DNA from: Smithellaceae bacterium
GTDB lineage: Bacteria > Desulfobacterota > Syntrophia > Syntrophales > Smithellaceae
Length of the DNA stretch: 64,000 nt
Direction: 5' to 3'
NCBI GenBank assembly: GCA_963682015.1
Contig: OY820932.1
Location: forward strand, 3,210,386-3,274,385
The notes beneath the pieces were generated by a model. The model searched no databases. It saw only the letters and a program-made list of their open reading frames with translations, and was not told the origin of the DNA. Of the stretch, positions 36,298-45,982 are shown in pieces. The position numbers and the translations under genes are program-made. Each line of letters opens with the position of its first letter. Position 1 is the stretch's first letter.

Positions 36298-38331
36298 TCA
36301 GGGTTCGTAAAGATGATGTTCCTTGAGCTTCCGGTACAGGGAGCTGCGGGCGATTTTCATTTTTTGCGCCATTTCTTTCTTGGAGAGATTCATGCCGAGC
36401 ATCTTTTTCAGAATCTGATATTCGATATCCTTGGGCGCTTCCAGATTATAATGCATGTCCAGGGATTTCTGATTTTGCAGAATTTCCGGGGGGATCAGAT
36501 CCATCGTTAATTCATCCGTTGTGACATAATGCATCATCCGCTCGATGACGTTCTGCAACTCGCGGATGTTGCCCGGCCAGGAATAGTTCATAAACTTGTC
36601 GATGAGTTTCGGGTCGATTTTTTTGATGACCTTTCCCATTGTTCCCGCCGTCTTCCTGACGAATAAATCGACCAGCATCGGAATATCGTCGATTCGTTCA
36701 CTGAGCGGAACCATCTGGATGGTGAAAACATTAAGCCTGTAAAACAGGTCTTCACGGAAGGTTCCCTTTTCGATTTCCTTTCTCAGATCCTTGTTGGTGG
36801 CGGCAATGATACGGACATCAACCGGACGAACCTTTTCGCCGCCGATGCGCATGATCGACTTGTCTTCAATGACGCGCAGCAGAACCGCCTGCAGTTCGAG
36901 CGGCGTTTCCGCGATTTCGTCCAGAAAGATGGTGCCGCCGTCGGCCAGTTCAAACTTTCCCTGGCTGCCGCCCCGGCGTGAACCGGTAAAGGCGCCTTCC
37001 ATGTGTCCAAAAAGTTCGCTGGTAATCAGATCCCTGGGGATGGCGGCGCAGTTGATGGCCACGTAAGGACCGGTCTTCCGCGGGCTGGCGTTGTGGATGG
37101 CCTGGGAGATGATGTCTTTGCCCGTGCCGCTTTTTCCCAGAAGCAGAATATTGGAATTGCTTTGCGAAACCATCTTGGCCTGATTGATGGTTTCCAGGAA
37201 GCGGGGATTCTGTCCGCAGATATCCTCAAAGTTTAAACTCGCCCTGGCGCCGATCATCTTGGTGACGAGCGACTTGGCCCGCTTGATTTCGTTGAGGATA
37301 AGAATTTTTCCGATCATCTCTCCGCTGTGGCTGAGAATCGGATTGCATGTGAGGGTGTATTCGTTGGCCTGGTTGTTGGTCGTGATTCGCACTTCCACAT
37401 CGGTGAGCGCTTCGCTGCGGTTGAGAAGGTTCAAAAAACGCTCGTTCTGGACACCGAAGACGCTCCGGATATGTTTTCCCTCAATGCGCCGGAATTGCAG
37501 AGAGAACATTTTCTGGGCGCTTTCATTGACCAGCGTGATGAACCCCTGATTGTCGATGGTGATCAGAGCTTCCGGGATAGAAGAAATGACGGTTTTCTGG
37601 AAGCTGGAAGCCAGATGGCTTTCCGCCAGCGCCCTCTGTACCCGCAGATCGTTTTCGACGGCCTTGGCGGTGGATACCGTCATGCCCAGATAGGAATTGC
37701 GGGTTTTGTTATAGCGGGTCACAAGCGAGATTCCGCCGATAAACTTTCCGGTCGGATCGAAAATCGGCGCGCCGCATGTGGAATAGGAATGATAATATTT
37801 GCAGTAGTGCTGGGTTGCATGGATCATGATGGGTCGCTGCGTTTCCACAACGGTTCCCGCGCCGTTAGTGCCCGCTTCCCGTTCGGTCCACGAAGCGCCT
37901 TCACAGATATATTTTTCGTGGATAAACTTAAGAACTTCTTCGTCCCCGGTAATGACCAGAACGATTGCTTCACGATCAAAAAGAGTGACGGTGAAGTTTT
38001 CGTCGACAAAACGATTCAGGTTTTCCATGAAAGGGATGCTGCTCGAAATCAGGGTCTCGTTTTCCTTCAGGCGCTCTTGAAGTTCTCTGGGAGGGAGGAC
38101 CTTTTGAACAACCCTCACCGAGGGATTCAATCCGTACTGAATACTTCTCAGCCAGGAATCCTTGATTTCCGGTGTTACAATGGAGGCGTCTATGTTTTCG
38201 GGGTTCGTGGTAATTTTATTCCACTCAACCAGTGTCTGCCGGGCTCTTTCTTCGAAATCCCACAAAAGGGGTTTTTCTTGGGAGATTTTCTGGGTGAAAC
38301 CGACGTGATAAATGCTGTTGGGTTCTTTCAT
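36298..38331 (-). CDS. sigma-54-dependent enhancer-binding protein, AcoR-like (GAF-like sensor, PAS, AAA+, Fis-type HTH)
   Basis: Walker A GKSGTGKD, GAFTGS loop, ELFGHMEGAFTG, and C-terminal HTH MAQKMKIARSSLYRKLKEH. The ORF opens at 38361, but ATG 38331 has an AGGGA RBS. Confidence 0.9.
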   Translation of the reverse strand: MKEPNSIYHVGFTQKISQEKPLLWDFEERARQTLVEWNKITTNPENIDASIVTPEIKDSWLRSIQYGLNPSVRVVQKVLPPRELQERLKENETLISSSIPFMENLNRFVDENFTVTLFDREAIVLVITGDEEVLKFIHEKYICEGASWTEREAGTNGAGTVVETQRPIMIHATQHYCKYYHSYSTCGAPIFDPTGKFIGGISLVTRYNKTRNSYLGMTVSTAKAVENDLRVQRALAESHLASSFQKTVISSIPEALITIDNQGFITLVNESAQKMFSLQFRRIEGKHIRSVFGVQNERFLNLLNRSEALTDVEVRITTNNQANEYTLTCNPILSHSGEMIGKILILNEIKRAKSLVTKMIGARASLNFEDICGQNPRFLETINQAKMVSQSNSNILLLGKSGTGKDIISQAIHNASPRKTGPYVAINCAAIPRDLITSELFGHMEGAFTGSRRGGSQGKFELADGGTIFLDEIAETPLELQAVLLRVIEDKSIMRIGGEKVRPVDVRIIAATNKDLRKEIEKGTFREDLFYRLNVFTIQMVPLSERIDDIPMLVDLFVRKTAGTMGKVIKKIDPKLIDKFMNYSWPGNIRELQNVIERMMHYVTTDELTMDLIPPEILQNQKSLDMHYNLEAPKDIEYQILKKMLGMNLSKKEMAQKMKIARSSLYRKLKEHHLYEP

Positions 38332-38360
38332 TATACCGATTCCCTGCCTGTTTGAAATCA

Positions 38361-38407
38361 TGTCCGATGTTGGGACGTTTTATGGTTTCATGTTCCCTTA
38401 TCGGACA
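38361..38407. promoter_or_regulatory. Two tandem activator dyads (TGTCC-GATGTTG-GGACg and TGTtC-CCTTATC-GGACA)
   Basis: Sites at 38361-38377 and 38391-38407 have centres 30 bp apart, about 156 and 126 bp upstream of the -24 GG at 38525. An A/T-rich tract (38455-38515) lies between the sites and the promoter. Confidence 0.65.
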
Positions 38408-38523
38408 CCTGGCGTCTTATAATCGTACAGGAATTAGAGCACAGGCAAACTTCAAAAACAAGCAATTAATTAATTTCTTATTTATTTCAATATATTACAA
38501 AAATAAATATCAGGATACCCGAC

Positions 38524-38538
38524 TGGCATGGATGATGC
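38524..38538 (+). promoter_or_regulatory. sigma-54 (-24/-12) promoter of the thiolase-ACAD-transport-CoA-transferase operon
   Basis: TGGCAT-GGATG-ATGC, about 90 nt before ATG 38629, divergent from the activator gene. Confidence 0.75.
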
Positions 38539-38628
38539 TCAGGAAGCATCCGAGAAACTGTTCGAGTCCTGAAAATGGATAAAGATCGACGTGAAAATGC
38601 GATCCAAAATATAAAACTAGGAGGAAAC

Positions 38629-39846
38629 ATGAGTAAGAGAGATGTAGTGTTTATTGACGGCGTGCGCACCGCTTTCGGTACGTTTGGAAAGACCCTGCGA
38701 AATTTCACGATGGAGCAGTTGGGCGGTATTGCCATGAAAGGTCTTGTTGAAAAAACAAAGATTCTGGAAAAGGGCGGCGCAGTCGACGCCGTTTATTTGG
38801 GATCAGCCATTGGAGCTACCTCCGCGATGAACCCGGCCCGCTGGATTTCGCTGGCTGGAGGTCTTCCTCTGAGCACGTCGGCGTCATACGTTGAAATGCA
38901 GTGCGGTTCGGCAATCGATTCCATCAACCATGCGGCATTCAGGATTCTGGCCGGCCATGCCGACATCATGATCGCTGGCGGATCGGAATCTTACAGCCAG
39001 TGCTGCGCAAAATTCCCCATGTCCACCGAACCCTTTAAGATGATTCCTCCGCTGCCGATTGCCCCGTCTCTTTCCCCGACGCTGGATCCGGCGACATCCA
39101 ACATGGGATTGACGGCGGAAGCATTGCAGAAAATGTACAATATTTCCCGCCAGATGCAGGATGAATTCGGTCTGCGCAGCCAGGTGCTGGCCAAGAAGGG
39201 TATCGATGCCGGTTACTTTGTCGATGAAATTGTTTCCGTGATGGTTCCCCAGGGCAAAAAAAATCCGCCGCTGGAGTTCAAGGTGGACGAACATCCCCGC
39301 ATGACGTCCATGGAAGCCCTGACCAAACTGCCGCCTGCGTTCATTAAAGAAGGAACCGTCACGGCGGGCAACTCTTCCGGCCGTAACGACGGCGCTGCCT
39401 TTGTCCTGATGATGACCCTGGAGAAGGCGGAGCAGCTGGGCTACAAACCGATGGCCAAGTGGCTGGCCGGCGGTGACTACGGCGTTGATCCCAAAATCAT
39501 GGGCATCGGGCCGGCTTACGCAGTGCCGATCGCACTCAAGCGTGCCGGCAGAAAGATTTCGGAAATGGACGTTCTGGAATGCAACGAAGCGTTTGCCGTG
39601 CAGAATCTGGCCGTGGCCGCGGAACTCGAAAAGCAGACCGGTGAAAAAGTGGATTGCTTCAGCGATAAATGGAATCCCAACGGCGGTGCTATTGCTTTCG
39701 GTCATCCCAACGGAGCATCGGGCGCCCGTCTGTGCATCTTCACCATGAAGGAACTCATCCGCAGAGGCGCCAGATATGGTTGCTTCAGCTCCTGCTGCGG
39801 CGGCGGCCTGGGTGTGGCAACGGTGATTGAGAATTTACAGCGTTAA
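38629..39846 (+). CDS. Thiolase (acetyl-CoA C-acyltransferase family)
   Basis: AGGAGG RBS before ATG 38629. Nucleophile context EMQCGSAIDS, C-terminal NPNGGAIAFGHPNGASGARL and CCGGGLG. Confidence 0.9.
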   Translation: MSKRDVVFIDGVRTAFGTFGKTLRNFTMEQLGGIAMKGLVEKTKILEKGGAVDAVYLGSAIGATSAMNPARWISLAGGLPLSTSASYVEMQCGSAIDSINHAAFRILAGHADIMIAGGSESYSQCCAKFPMSTEPFKMIPPLPIAPSLSPTLDPATSNMGLTAEALQKMYNISRQMQDEFGLRSQVLAKKGIDAGYFVDEIVSVMVPQGKKNPPLEFKVDEHPRMTSMEALTKLPPAFIKEGTVTAGNSSGRNDGAAFVLMMTLEKAEQLGYKPMAKWLAGGDYGVDPKIMGIGPAYAVPIALKRAGRKISEMDVLECNEAFAVQNLAVAAELEKQTGEKVDCFSDKWNPNGGAIAFGHPNGASGARLCIFTMKELIRRGARYGCFSSCCGGGLGVATVIENLQR

Positions 39847-39862
39847 TCCGGTAGTTTCAGAA

Positions 39863-39941
39863 GCAGCGCCGGGCCGCCGCCCGGCGCTGCCCTACCCGTG
39901 ACCTCTTCCCTTTTTCCAACTCCCTTGAAAAGGGGAAGAGG
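39863..39941 (+). terminator. Two consecutive intercistronic hairpins (attenuator or mRNA-stability candidates)
   Basis: GCAGCGCCGGG / CCCGGCGCTGC (39863-39890), then CCTCTTCCC...GGGAAGAGG (39902-39941). Neither has a clean U-tract. Confidence 0.4.
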
Positions 39942-40027
39942 CTTTCCATATCGTAAACAAGGTTAAACGGCATGAGGGCATGGTGAAGACCAAAGAATCC
40001 GGAGATGCACCGGCTTTAAGAGGCGGC

Positions 40028-41839
40028 ATGGCAGAAAAGTTTATCAGCGAGCGAAACCTGAAGTTCCTGCTCTATGAGGTTTTTGACGCGGAATCTCTGC
40101 TGCGTTATCCGCGTTACGCCGATCACAGCAGGCGTGTTTTCGATATGGTTTTCGATGCGGCCATGGAAATCGGCCAAACCGTCTTCAGGCCGATCCATGC
40201 GGAGATGGACCGTAATGAGCCCGGGTATGCCAACGGGAAAGTCAATGTGCACCCCGCGATTCGGGAGATGTTGCGGGAAATGGGCGCCGGCGGGTGGATA
40301 GCACCGACGACGAGTTACCAGTTCGGCGGGCAACAGCTTCCTTTCATGGTGGGGCTGATGATTCCCAACAGCATCTTCGGCGCGGCCAACTATTCGGCGA
40401 GCGTTTTTCCCGGCCTTACCGCGGGGGCTGCGGCGTTGATCATGACGTATGGAACGAAAGAACTGCAAAAAACTTACCTTCCGAAAATGACGGCCGGCGA
40501 ATGGCAGGGAACGATGGCGATTACGGAACCACAGGCTGGAAGTTCCCTGTCGGATATTGCGACGGAAGCCCGGCCCACCCCGCAGGGGCATTACCGGATC
40601 CGGGGAAGGAAGGTTTTTATCGCCGCGGGAGATCATGACGGAGTGGATAATGTCGTTCACCTGATGCTGGCCAGGATTCAGGATGCACCGGCGGGAGTGA
40701 AGGGTATCTCGCTCTTTTTGGTTCCCAAAAAACGGGTCAACGAAAACGGGGATCTCGCTTTGAATGATGTCCGGTGCACAGGAGTGTATCGCAAACTGGG
40801 TTACCGCGGCTGTCCGACCGTCGGGCTGAGTTTCGGCGAAAACGATGATTGCCGGGGGTGGCTGGTAGGTCCGGCCAACAAAGGACTGGCCTGCATGTTC
40901 ATGATGATGAATATCTCCCGCCTGGATGTGGGCATCGGCGCCTCCGCGATCGCCTCGGCCGCCTATTATGCTTCGCTTGCGTATGCTCAGGAAAGAGTTC
41001 AGGGCAGAAGGCTTGCTTCCAAGGATCCGCTTTCGCCCCAGATTCCTGTTATTCAGCATCCCGATGTCCGGCGGATGCTGCTTTGCCAGAAAGCCGTGGT
41101 GGAAGGTTCGCAGTCTTTGCTGATGTACTGCTGCCGCCTGTATGATCTGTCTCTGGCGGCCGGCGGCCAGGAAAAGGAAGATGCCCGGCGGCTTCTGGAG
41201 CTGCTCACTCCCGTGGTGAAAAGTTATCCGTCGGAAATGAGCGTTGTATCCTGCAACCTTGCTCTGCAGATCCTTGGCGGCTATGGTTATTGCGACGGGT
41301 ACTCGCTGGAGCAGTACTACCGTGACACGAGGATTCATCCCATCCACGAAGGTATAACGGCCATTCAGGGGCAGGATCTGCTGGGTCGCAAAATGACCGC
41401 GGAAAAAGGGAAAGCCGCCAGACTTTATTATCAGACGGTCGGAAAGACCATCCGGGAAGCCATAACGGTGCCGGACCTGAAAATATACGCACAGGATATG
41501 GAAAAGGCTCTGTACAGACTGGAACAGGTGACGGAGTATCTTTTCGGTCTGGCGGCGCAGGGCAATGTGGAACTTTTCCTGGCCGACGCCACGTTGTACC
41601 TTGATTTCTTCGGTATCGTTACGATGGGCTGGCAGTGGCTGTTGCAGGCCATCGTGGCCAGAAAGGCGCTCGGCCGGCGCACCGAGCTTTCCGCTGAAGA
41701 CAATTTTTATGAAGGCAAACTCAGCGCCTGCCGCTACTTTTTTGTCTACGAACTTCCCAAAATCGAAAGCCTGGCGATTACGCTTACCAAAGGCAGCAGC
41801 CTGACCGTCGATATGAAGACGGAAAACTTTGAAGAATGA
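40028..41839 (+). CDS. Long-form acyl-CoA dehydrogenase (paralogue of 21304-23109)
   Basis: Shows MAITEPQAGSSLSD, FIAAGDHD and ILGGYGYCDGYSLEQYYRDTRIHPIHEGI. ATG 40028 (MAEKFISERNLKFLLYEVF) is the likely start. Confidence 0.9.
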   Translation: MAEKFISERNLKFLLYEVFDAESLLRYPRYADHSRRVFDMVFDAAMEIGQTVFRPIHAEMDRNEPGYANGKVNVHPAIREMLREMGAGGWIAPTTSYQFGGQQLPFMVGLMIPNSIFGAANYSASVFPGLTAGAAALIMTYGTKELQKTYLPKMTAGEWQGTMAITEPQAGSSLSDIATEARPTPQGHYRIRGRKVFIAAGDHDGVDNVVHLMLARIQDAPAGVKGISLFLVPKKRVNENGDLALNDVRCTGVYRKLGYRGCPTVGLSFGENDDCRGWLVGPANKGLACMFMMMNISRLDVGIGASAIASAAYYASLAYAQERVQGRRLASKDPLSPQIPVIQHPDVRRMLLCQKAVVEGSQSLLMYCCRLYDLSLAAGGQEKEDARRLLELLTPVVKSYPSEMSVVSCNLALQILGGYGYCDGYSLEQYYRDTRIHPIHEGITAIQGQDLLGRKMTAEKGKAARLYYQTVGKTIREAITVPDLKIYAQDMEKALYRLEQVTEYLFGLAAQGNVELFLADATLYLDFFGIVTMGWQWLLQAIVARKALGRRTELSAEDNFYEGKLSACRYFFVYELPKIESLAITLTKGSSLTVDMKTENFEE

Positions 41840-41994
41840 GATGGATGCGATGGACAGCGCGGTGGTTGCTGGTCCTGTGGAAAGGTTTTTGTCCTGGGCC
41901 GGATGGTTGCAGGGGGAAAAGCGAAGGAGGAGATGAAGTGATACAGGAACAGGGGACAATCAATAGATTGCCGATGAAAACAACGGGAGGAGAA

Positions 41995-43440
41995 ATGAAC
42001 ATGAAACAATACGTAAAGAAATTTGTGGTTCTGGTGCTGACAGGTCTGTTGTTTTTGGGGGTGTTTGCGGGCATGGCGCACGCGGCGGCCAAAGATCATT
42101 TTGGGAAGCCCGATGCTTCCTTTGATCTCGCTAAAATGCCGGATATGTCCGATTATGATCCAAACCATCCGGTGATTCCGCACGGGGATACGATTAAAAT
42201 TGCTATTGTGGCCGCATTTTCCGGCCCTGCCGCGATTAACGGGCAAATTGATTTTATCTGCATGCAGTGGGTTGCCCATGCCATTAATAAAAGAGGCGGC
42301 ATTCTGGTGGATGGCAAGAAGAAGCTGGTGGAAATCATCAAGGCGGACAACATGTCCAATCCGGATGCCACGAAGAAAGTCTGTGAACGGATGGTGCTTC
42401 ATGAAAAAGTGCATGTTCTCATGGGAACGCACGGCAGCCACCTGATGAAAATCATCAATCAAACGGCCCAAAAGTACAATGTGCTTTCTGTATCGTTCGC
42501 GTCGAATTCAGATGAACTTCAGGATGCCGCGAACTTCAGCAGCAACGCCTTTATGTCCACCATGTCCGTTTCGCAGATCGGTCGCGGCCTGGCTTACTAC
42601 TATGGCCAGATCCGCAAGAAAGAAAAAAAGTTCTACATCCTGTGCCAGGATTATTCGTTTGGCCGCAGCATGGCCGAAAGTTTTAAAAAAGGTCTGAAGG
42701 AATACTATCCTGAAGCGCAAATTGTGGGTGAAGATTTTCATAAGCTGTTCCTGACGGATTATGCGCCATATTTAACGAAAATCAAAGCCTCCGGTGCGGA
42801 AGTCATCTTTACCGGCGACTGGCTGCCTGATGCCGGCATTCTGCTGAAACAGGCGCGCCAGATGGCAATCAACCTGCCCTTTGCCAATGTTTACGTGGAT
42901 GATCCGATCACGCTCGGCGAACTCGGTGTCGAAAAAACGGAAGGCCTGATCAACATCACCCAGTATGGAACTGAAAACCCGGCATTCAAATCAAAAGATG
43001 AAATCCGCAATGCCAAAATGTGGAACGATTTATGGAAGACCAAATGGAAAGCCCCCTACAATTCACTGATGTATGAATGGGTTGGCGGAAGCATCGGCCA
43101 CTACCAGGAGCAAATCGCCTGGCTGATATCGGTAATGGAACGGGCCGGGAGCACCAGTCCGGACAAAATTATGAAAGTATGGGAAGGGGACGTCTATAAG
43201 TTCGGCAACGGCAAGGTCGTGAAGATGAGGGCCTGCGATCACAAAATCATCCAGGATTTTCATGTCTATGAATACGTTCGCCCGGAGAAGCAGAGAGTAT
43301 CCATGAACATTCCGCCTTATTACTGGTCCAAAACGCACTCGGCGGGAGGTCCGGTGCATGTGATTCCGGCTGAAAAAGTATTGCCCTGGATGGATCAGAA
43401 GCTGGATCGCTGCAAGGGCAAAAACGAGTGGGGTGAGTAG
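41995..43440 (+). CDS. Periplasmic substrate-binding protein, LivK-like long form (paralogue 2 of 3)
   Basis: Signal peptide MNMKQYVKKFVVLVLTGLLFLGVFAGMAHA. Shares YYGQIRKKEKKFYILCQDYSFGR and MRACDHK...LDRCKGKN with the other two. The start could also be 42001 or 41974. Confidence 0.85.
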   Translation: MNMKQYVKKFVVLVLTGLLFLGVFAGMAHAAAKDHFGKPDASFDLAKMPDMSDYDPNHPVIPHGDTIKIAIVAAFSGPAAINGQIDFICMQWVAHAINKRGGILVDGKKKLVEIIKADNMSNPDATKKVCERMVLHEKVHVLMGTHGSHLMKIINQTAQKYNVLSVSFASNSDELQDAANFSSNAFMSTMSVSQIGRGLAYYYGQIRKKEKKFYILCQDYSFGRSMAESFKKGLKEYYPEAQIVGEDFHKLFLTDYAPYLTKIKASGAEVIFTGDWLPDAGILLKQARQMAINLPFANVYVDDPITLGELGVEKTEGLINITQYGTENPAFKSKDEIRNAKMWNDLWKTKWKAPYNSLMYEWVGGSIGHYQEQIAWLISVMERAGSTSPDKIMKVWEGDVYKFGNGKVVKMRACDHKIIQDFHVYEYVRPEKQRVSMNIPPYYWSKTHSAGGPVHVIPAEKVLPWMDQKLDRCKGKNEWGE

Positions 43441-43450
43441 GAAGAAACCA

Positions 43451-43487
43451 GGGTGCGGTAAAGACATTTTACCTCACCCTTTTTTTT
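43451..43487 (+). terminator. Rho-independent terminator/attenuator between the two binding-protein genes
   Basis: GGGTGCGGTAAA / TTTACCTCACCC stem (one mismatch) followed by TTTTTTTT. Confidence 0.7.
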
Positions 43488-43538
43488 GTTTATCCGTTGC
43501 CGGAGTGCGGAAGCGGAGAGAAAGGAGAGTAGAAGTCG

Positions 43539-45002
43539 ATGAAGCGGTTGGGTGTGGTTTTGGGGGCGTTTGTTCTGAGTACGTTGTTTATTTTATTGGT
43601 GGCGGCAAATCCGTCCGTATCGTCTGCGGCACCGAAGAAGGCAGCGCCGTCTAAAGCGTCCAAGGCTGTGACGCCACCGCTGGTGGATTATAAAACGTTT
43701 CCGGATATGTCGGACTTTGATCCCAATCATCCGGTGGTTCCTCACGGGGATACCGTCAAAATCGCGGTCGTGGCGCCGTTTTCCGGTCCGGCCGTCATCA
43801 ACGGTCAGATCGGGTTTATGGCGATCCAGTGGGCGGCCCATGCCGTCAATAAAAAAGGCGGCATTATGATCGACGGCAAAAAGAAACTGATTGAAATTAT
43901 CAAGGCGGACAACCAGTCCCACCCGGACGCGACCAAAAAAGTATGTGAACGCATGGTGCTTCAGGAGAAGGTTCATGTGCTGATGGGCACCAACGGCAGC
44001 AACCTGATGAAAATCATTAATCAGACAGCGCAGAAATACAATGTGCTTGCCGTGAATTATGCCTCTCATGGCGACGAACTGATGGACGCTACCAACTTCA
44101 ACCGCAACTCTTTCATGACGACCATGTCCGTTTCGCAGATCGGTCGGGGGCTTGCCTATTATTACGGGCAGATCCGCAAGAAGGAAAAGAAGTTTTATAT
44201 TCTGTGCCAGGATTATTCGTTCGGGCGGGGCATGGCCAGGAGCTTCAAGGACGGTTTGAAGGAATACTACCCCGAAGCGCAGCTGGTCGGCGAAGATTAT
44301 CACCGCCTGTTTCTGACGGACTACGCGCCCTTTCTGACCAAGATCAAGGCATCCGGCGCGGAAGTCATTTATACGGGCGACTGGATGCCGGATGCGGGCA
44401 ATCTGCTCAAGCAATCCCGTCAGATGGGAATCAGACTGCCTTTTGCCCACCTCTTTCTGGATGAACCCAATATGCTGGCTGAAGTCGGCGTGGAGGGAAC
44501 CGAGGGACTGGTGCAGATCAGCCAGTATGGCAGGAGCAATCCCGTTTTCCAGACCAGGGACGAAATTAAATATCACATGATGTGGCACGGGCTTTGGGAA
44601 ACCAGGTGGAAGGCCCCCTATAACACCATTTTGTATGAATGGGGCCTTGGCAATATGGCGCATCAGATGGAGCAGGCCCTGTGGCTGTTCTCCGTGCTCA
44701 ACCGCGCACAGAGCACAGACCCGGAAAAAGTCATCAGGGTCTGGGAAGGCGATACATACAAATTCATGGGCGGCAAAGTTGTAAAGATGAGAGCCTGCGA
44801 TCACAAGATCATCGAAGATTTTCACGTGTATGAATACGTACGACCCGATCAACAGAAAATCAACATGAATATTCCGCCGTATTACTGGTTCAAGAATACA
44901 TCGGCTGCGGGCCCCGTATCGCATATCCCGTCGGACAAAGTATTGCCCTGGATGGACCGTAATCTGGATCGCTGCAAGAACAAAAACGAATGGGGAGATT
45001 GA
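43539..45002 (+). CDS. Periplasmic substrate-binding protein, LivK-like long form (paralogue 3 of 3)
   Basis: Signal peptide MKRLGVVLGAFVLSTLFILLVAANPSVSSA, with the same conserved blocks as paralogues 1 and 2. Confidence 0.85.
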   Translation: MKRLGVVLGAFVLSTLFILLVAANPSVSSAAPKKAAPSKASKAVTPPLVDYKTFPDMSDFDPNHPVVPHGDTVKIAVVAPFSGPAVINGQIGFMAIQWAAHAVNKKGGIMIDGKKKLIEIIKADNQSHPDATKKVCERMVLQEKVHVLMGTNGSNLMKIINQTAQKYNVLAVNYASHGDELMDATNFNRNSFMTTMSVSQIGRGLAYYYGQIRKKEKKFYILCQDYSFGRGMARSFKDGLKEYYPEAQLVGEDYHRLFLTDYAPFLTKIKASGAEVIYTGDWMPDAGNLLKQSRQMGIRLPFAHLFLDEPNMLAEVGVEGTEGLVQISQYGRSNPVFQTRDEIKYHMMWHGLWETRWKAPYNTILYEWGLGNMAHQMEQALWLFSVLNRAQSTDPEKVIRVWEGDTYKFMGGKVVKMRACDHKIIEDFHVYEYVRPDQQKINMNIPPYYWFKNTSAAGPVSHIPSDKVLPWMDRNLDRCKNKNEWGD

Positions 45003-45041
45003 TCCTTCGGGGGGGAATCAATGGATCGAGTCGTGAAACAT

Positions 45042-45080
45042 GCGGATGATGCAGGTGCTCTGCGGAGCCGCATCATCCGC
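45042..45080 (+). other. Intercistronic stem-loop between the binding-protein gene and livH (copy 2)
   Basis: GCGGATGATGC / GCATCATCCGC, perfect 11-bp arms with a 17-nt loop containing an inner GCTC/GAGC pair. No U-tract. Confidence 0.5.
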
Positions 45081-45109
45081 AAAACCATACAGGGAAAGGA
45101 AGTATAAGA

Positions 45110-45982
45110 ATGGATCCTACCGTATCGATGTACATATCCCAGGGGATTCACGGGATAGCGTACGGGATGATATTGTTTTTGATTGCATCGGGATTGAACA
45201 TTATCTTTGGGATGATGGGGATTTTGAACATGGCCCACGCGGTGTTTTTCATGCTGGCGGCGTACATTTGTTACGCGGTGGTGGGGCTTACCGGGAGCTT
45301 CTGGGCGGGATTGCTGGTGGCTCCGTTGGTGACGGCGATGTTGGGCATCGTAATGGAGCGGGTGTTTTTGCGGACGGCGCACAAAGTGGGGCACTTTGGA
45401 GAACTGATTTTGACGATGGGCATCGGGAGCGTGATCGTGGCGGCCATCAAGAAGATCTGGGGGACGGAGAGCATGCCTCTGCAGGTACCGGATTTACTTC
45501 AGGGAATGGTGAACATTTTCGGGATATCCTACCCGATATACCGCCTGTTCGTGATCGGCCTGGCGCTGGTCATCCTGGTATTCATGATGCTGCTTTTGTA
45601 CCGGACGCGCCTGGGAAAGATCGTACGTGCGGCGGTGTCGGACCGGGACATGGTGAACGCTTTGGGGATCAACATCAATCTCGTGTTCATGTTCGTATTC
45701 GGAGTCGGCACATGGATGGCGGGAATCGCGGGTGTGGCCATTGCGCCGATTCTGACGGTGTTTCCGGGGCTGTCGGATCAGGTGGGGATGGACGCATTCA
45801 TCGTGGTGGTGACGGGCGGATTCGGGAGCCTGGCGGGGGCGTTTATCGTCTCGCTGATCTTCGGGCTTTTGAGCTCCTACGGCGTCCAGTTCGTGTCCCA
45901 GTTTGCGCCGGTTTTGATGGTGGTGTTCATGGCCATCGTCCTGGCGTTTCGCCCTAACGGACTATTTGGAGTGAAGGAATGA
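45110..45982 (+). CDS. livH: ABC transporter permease, LivH/HAAT family (identical to 11909-12781)
   Basis: Identical translation to copy 1. GGGAAAGGAAG RBS lies outside the repeat. Confidence 0.9.
   Translation: MDPTVSMYISQGIHGIAYGMILFLIASGLNIIFGMMGILNMAHAVFFMLAAYICYAVVGLTGSFWAGLLVAPLVTAMLGIVMERVFLRTAHKVGHFGELILTMGIGSVIVAAIKKIWGTESMPLQVPDLLQGMVNIFGISYPIYRLFVIGLALVILVFMMLLLYRTRLGKIVRAAVSDRDMVNALGININLVFMFVFGVGTWMAGIAGVAIAPILTVFPGLSDQVGMDAFIVVVTGGFGSLAGAFIVSLIFGLLSSYGVQFVSQFAPVLMVVFMAIVLAFRPNGLFGVKE

Noticed and set aside
41895-41910. sigma-54-like element tGGGCC-GGATG-GTTGC upstream of the first locus-2 binding-protein gene.
   Set aside because: The spacing fits only if the second and third G are used, and the -24 half is poor (GGGCCG). 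No dyad lies in the expected upstream window and no terminator separates it from the ACAD gene. Read-through from the 38524 promoter is the simpler explanation.
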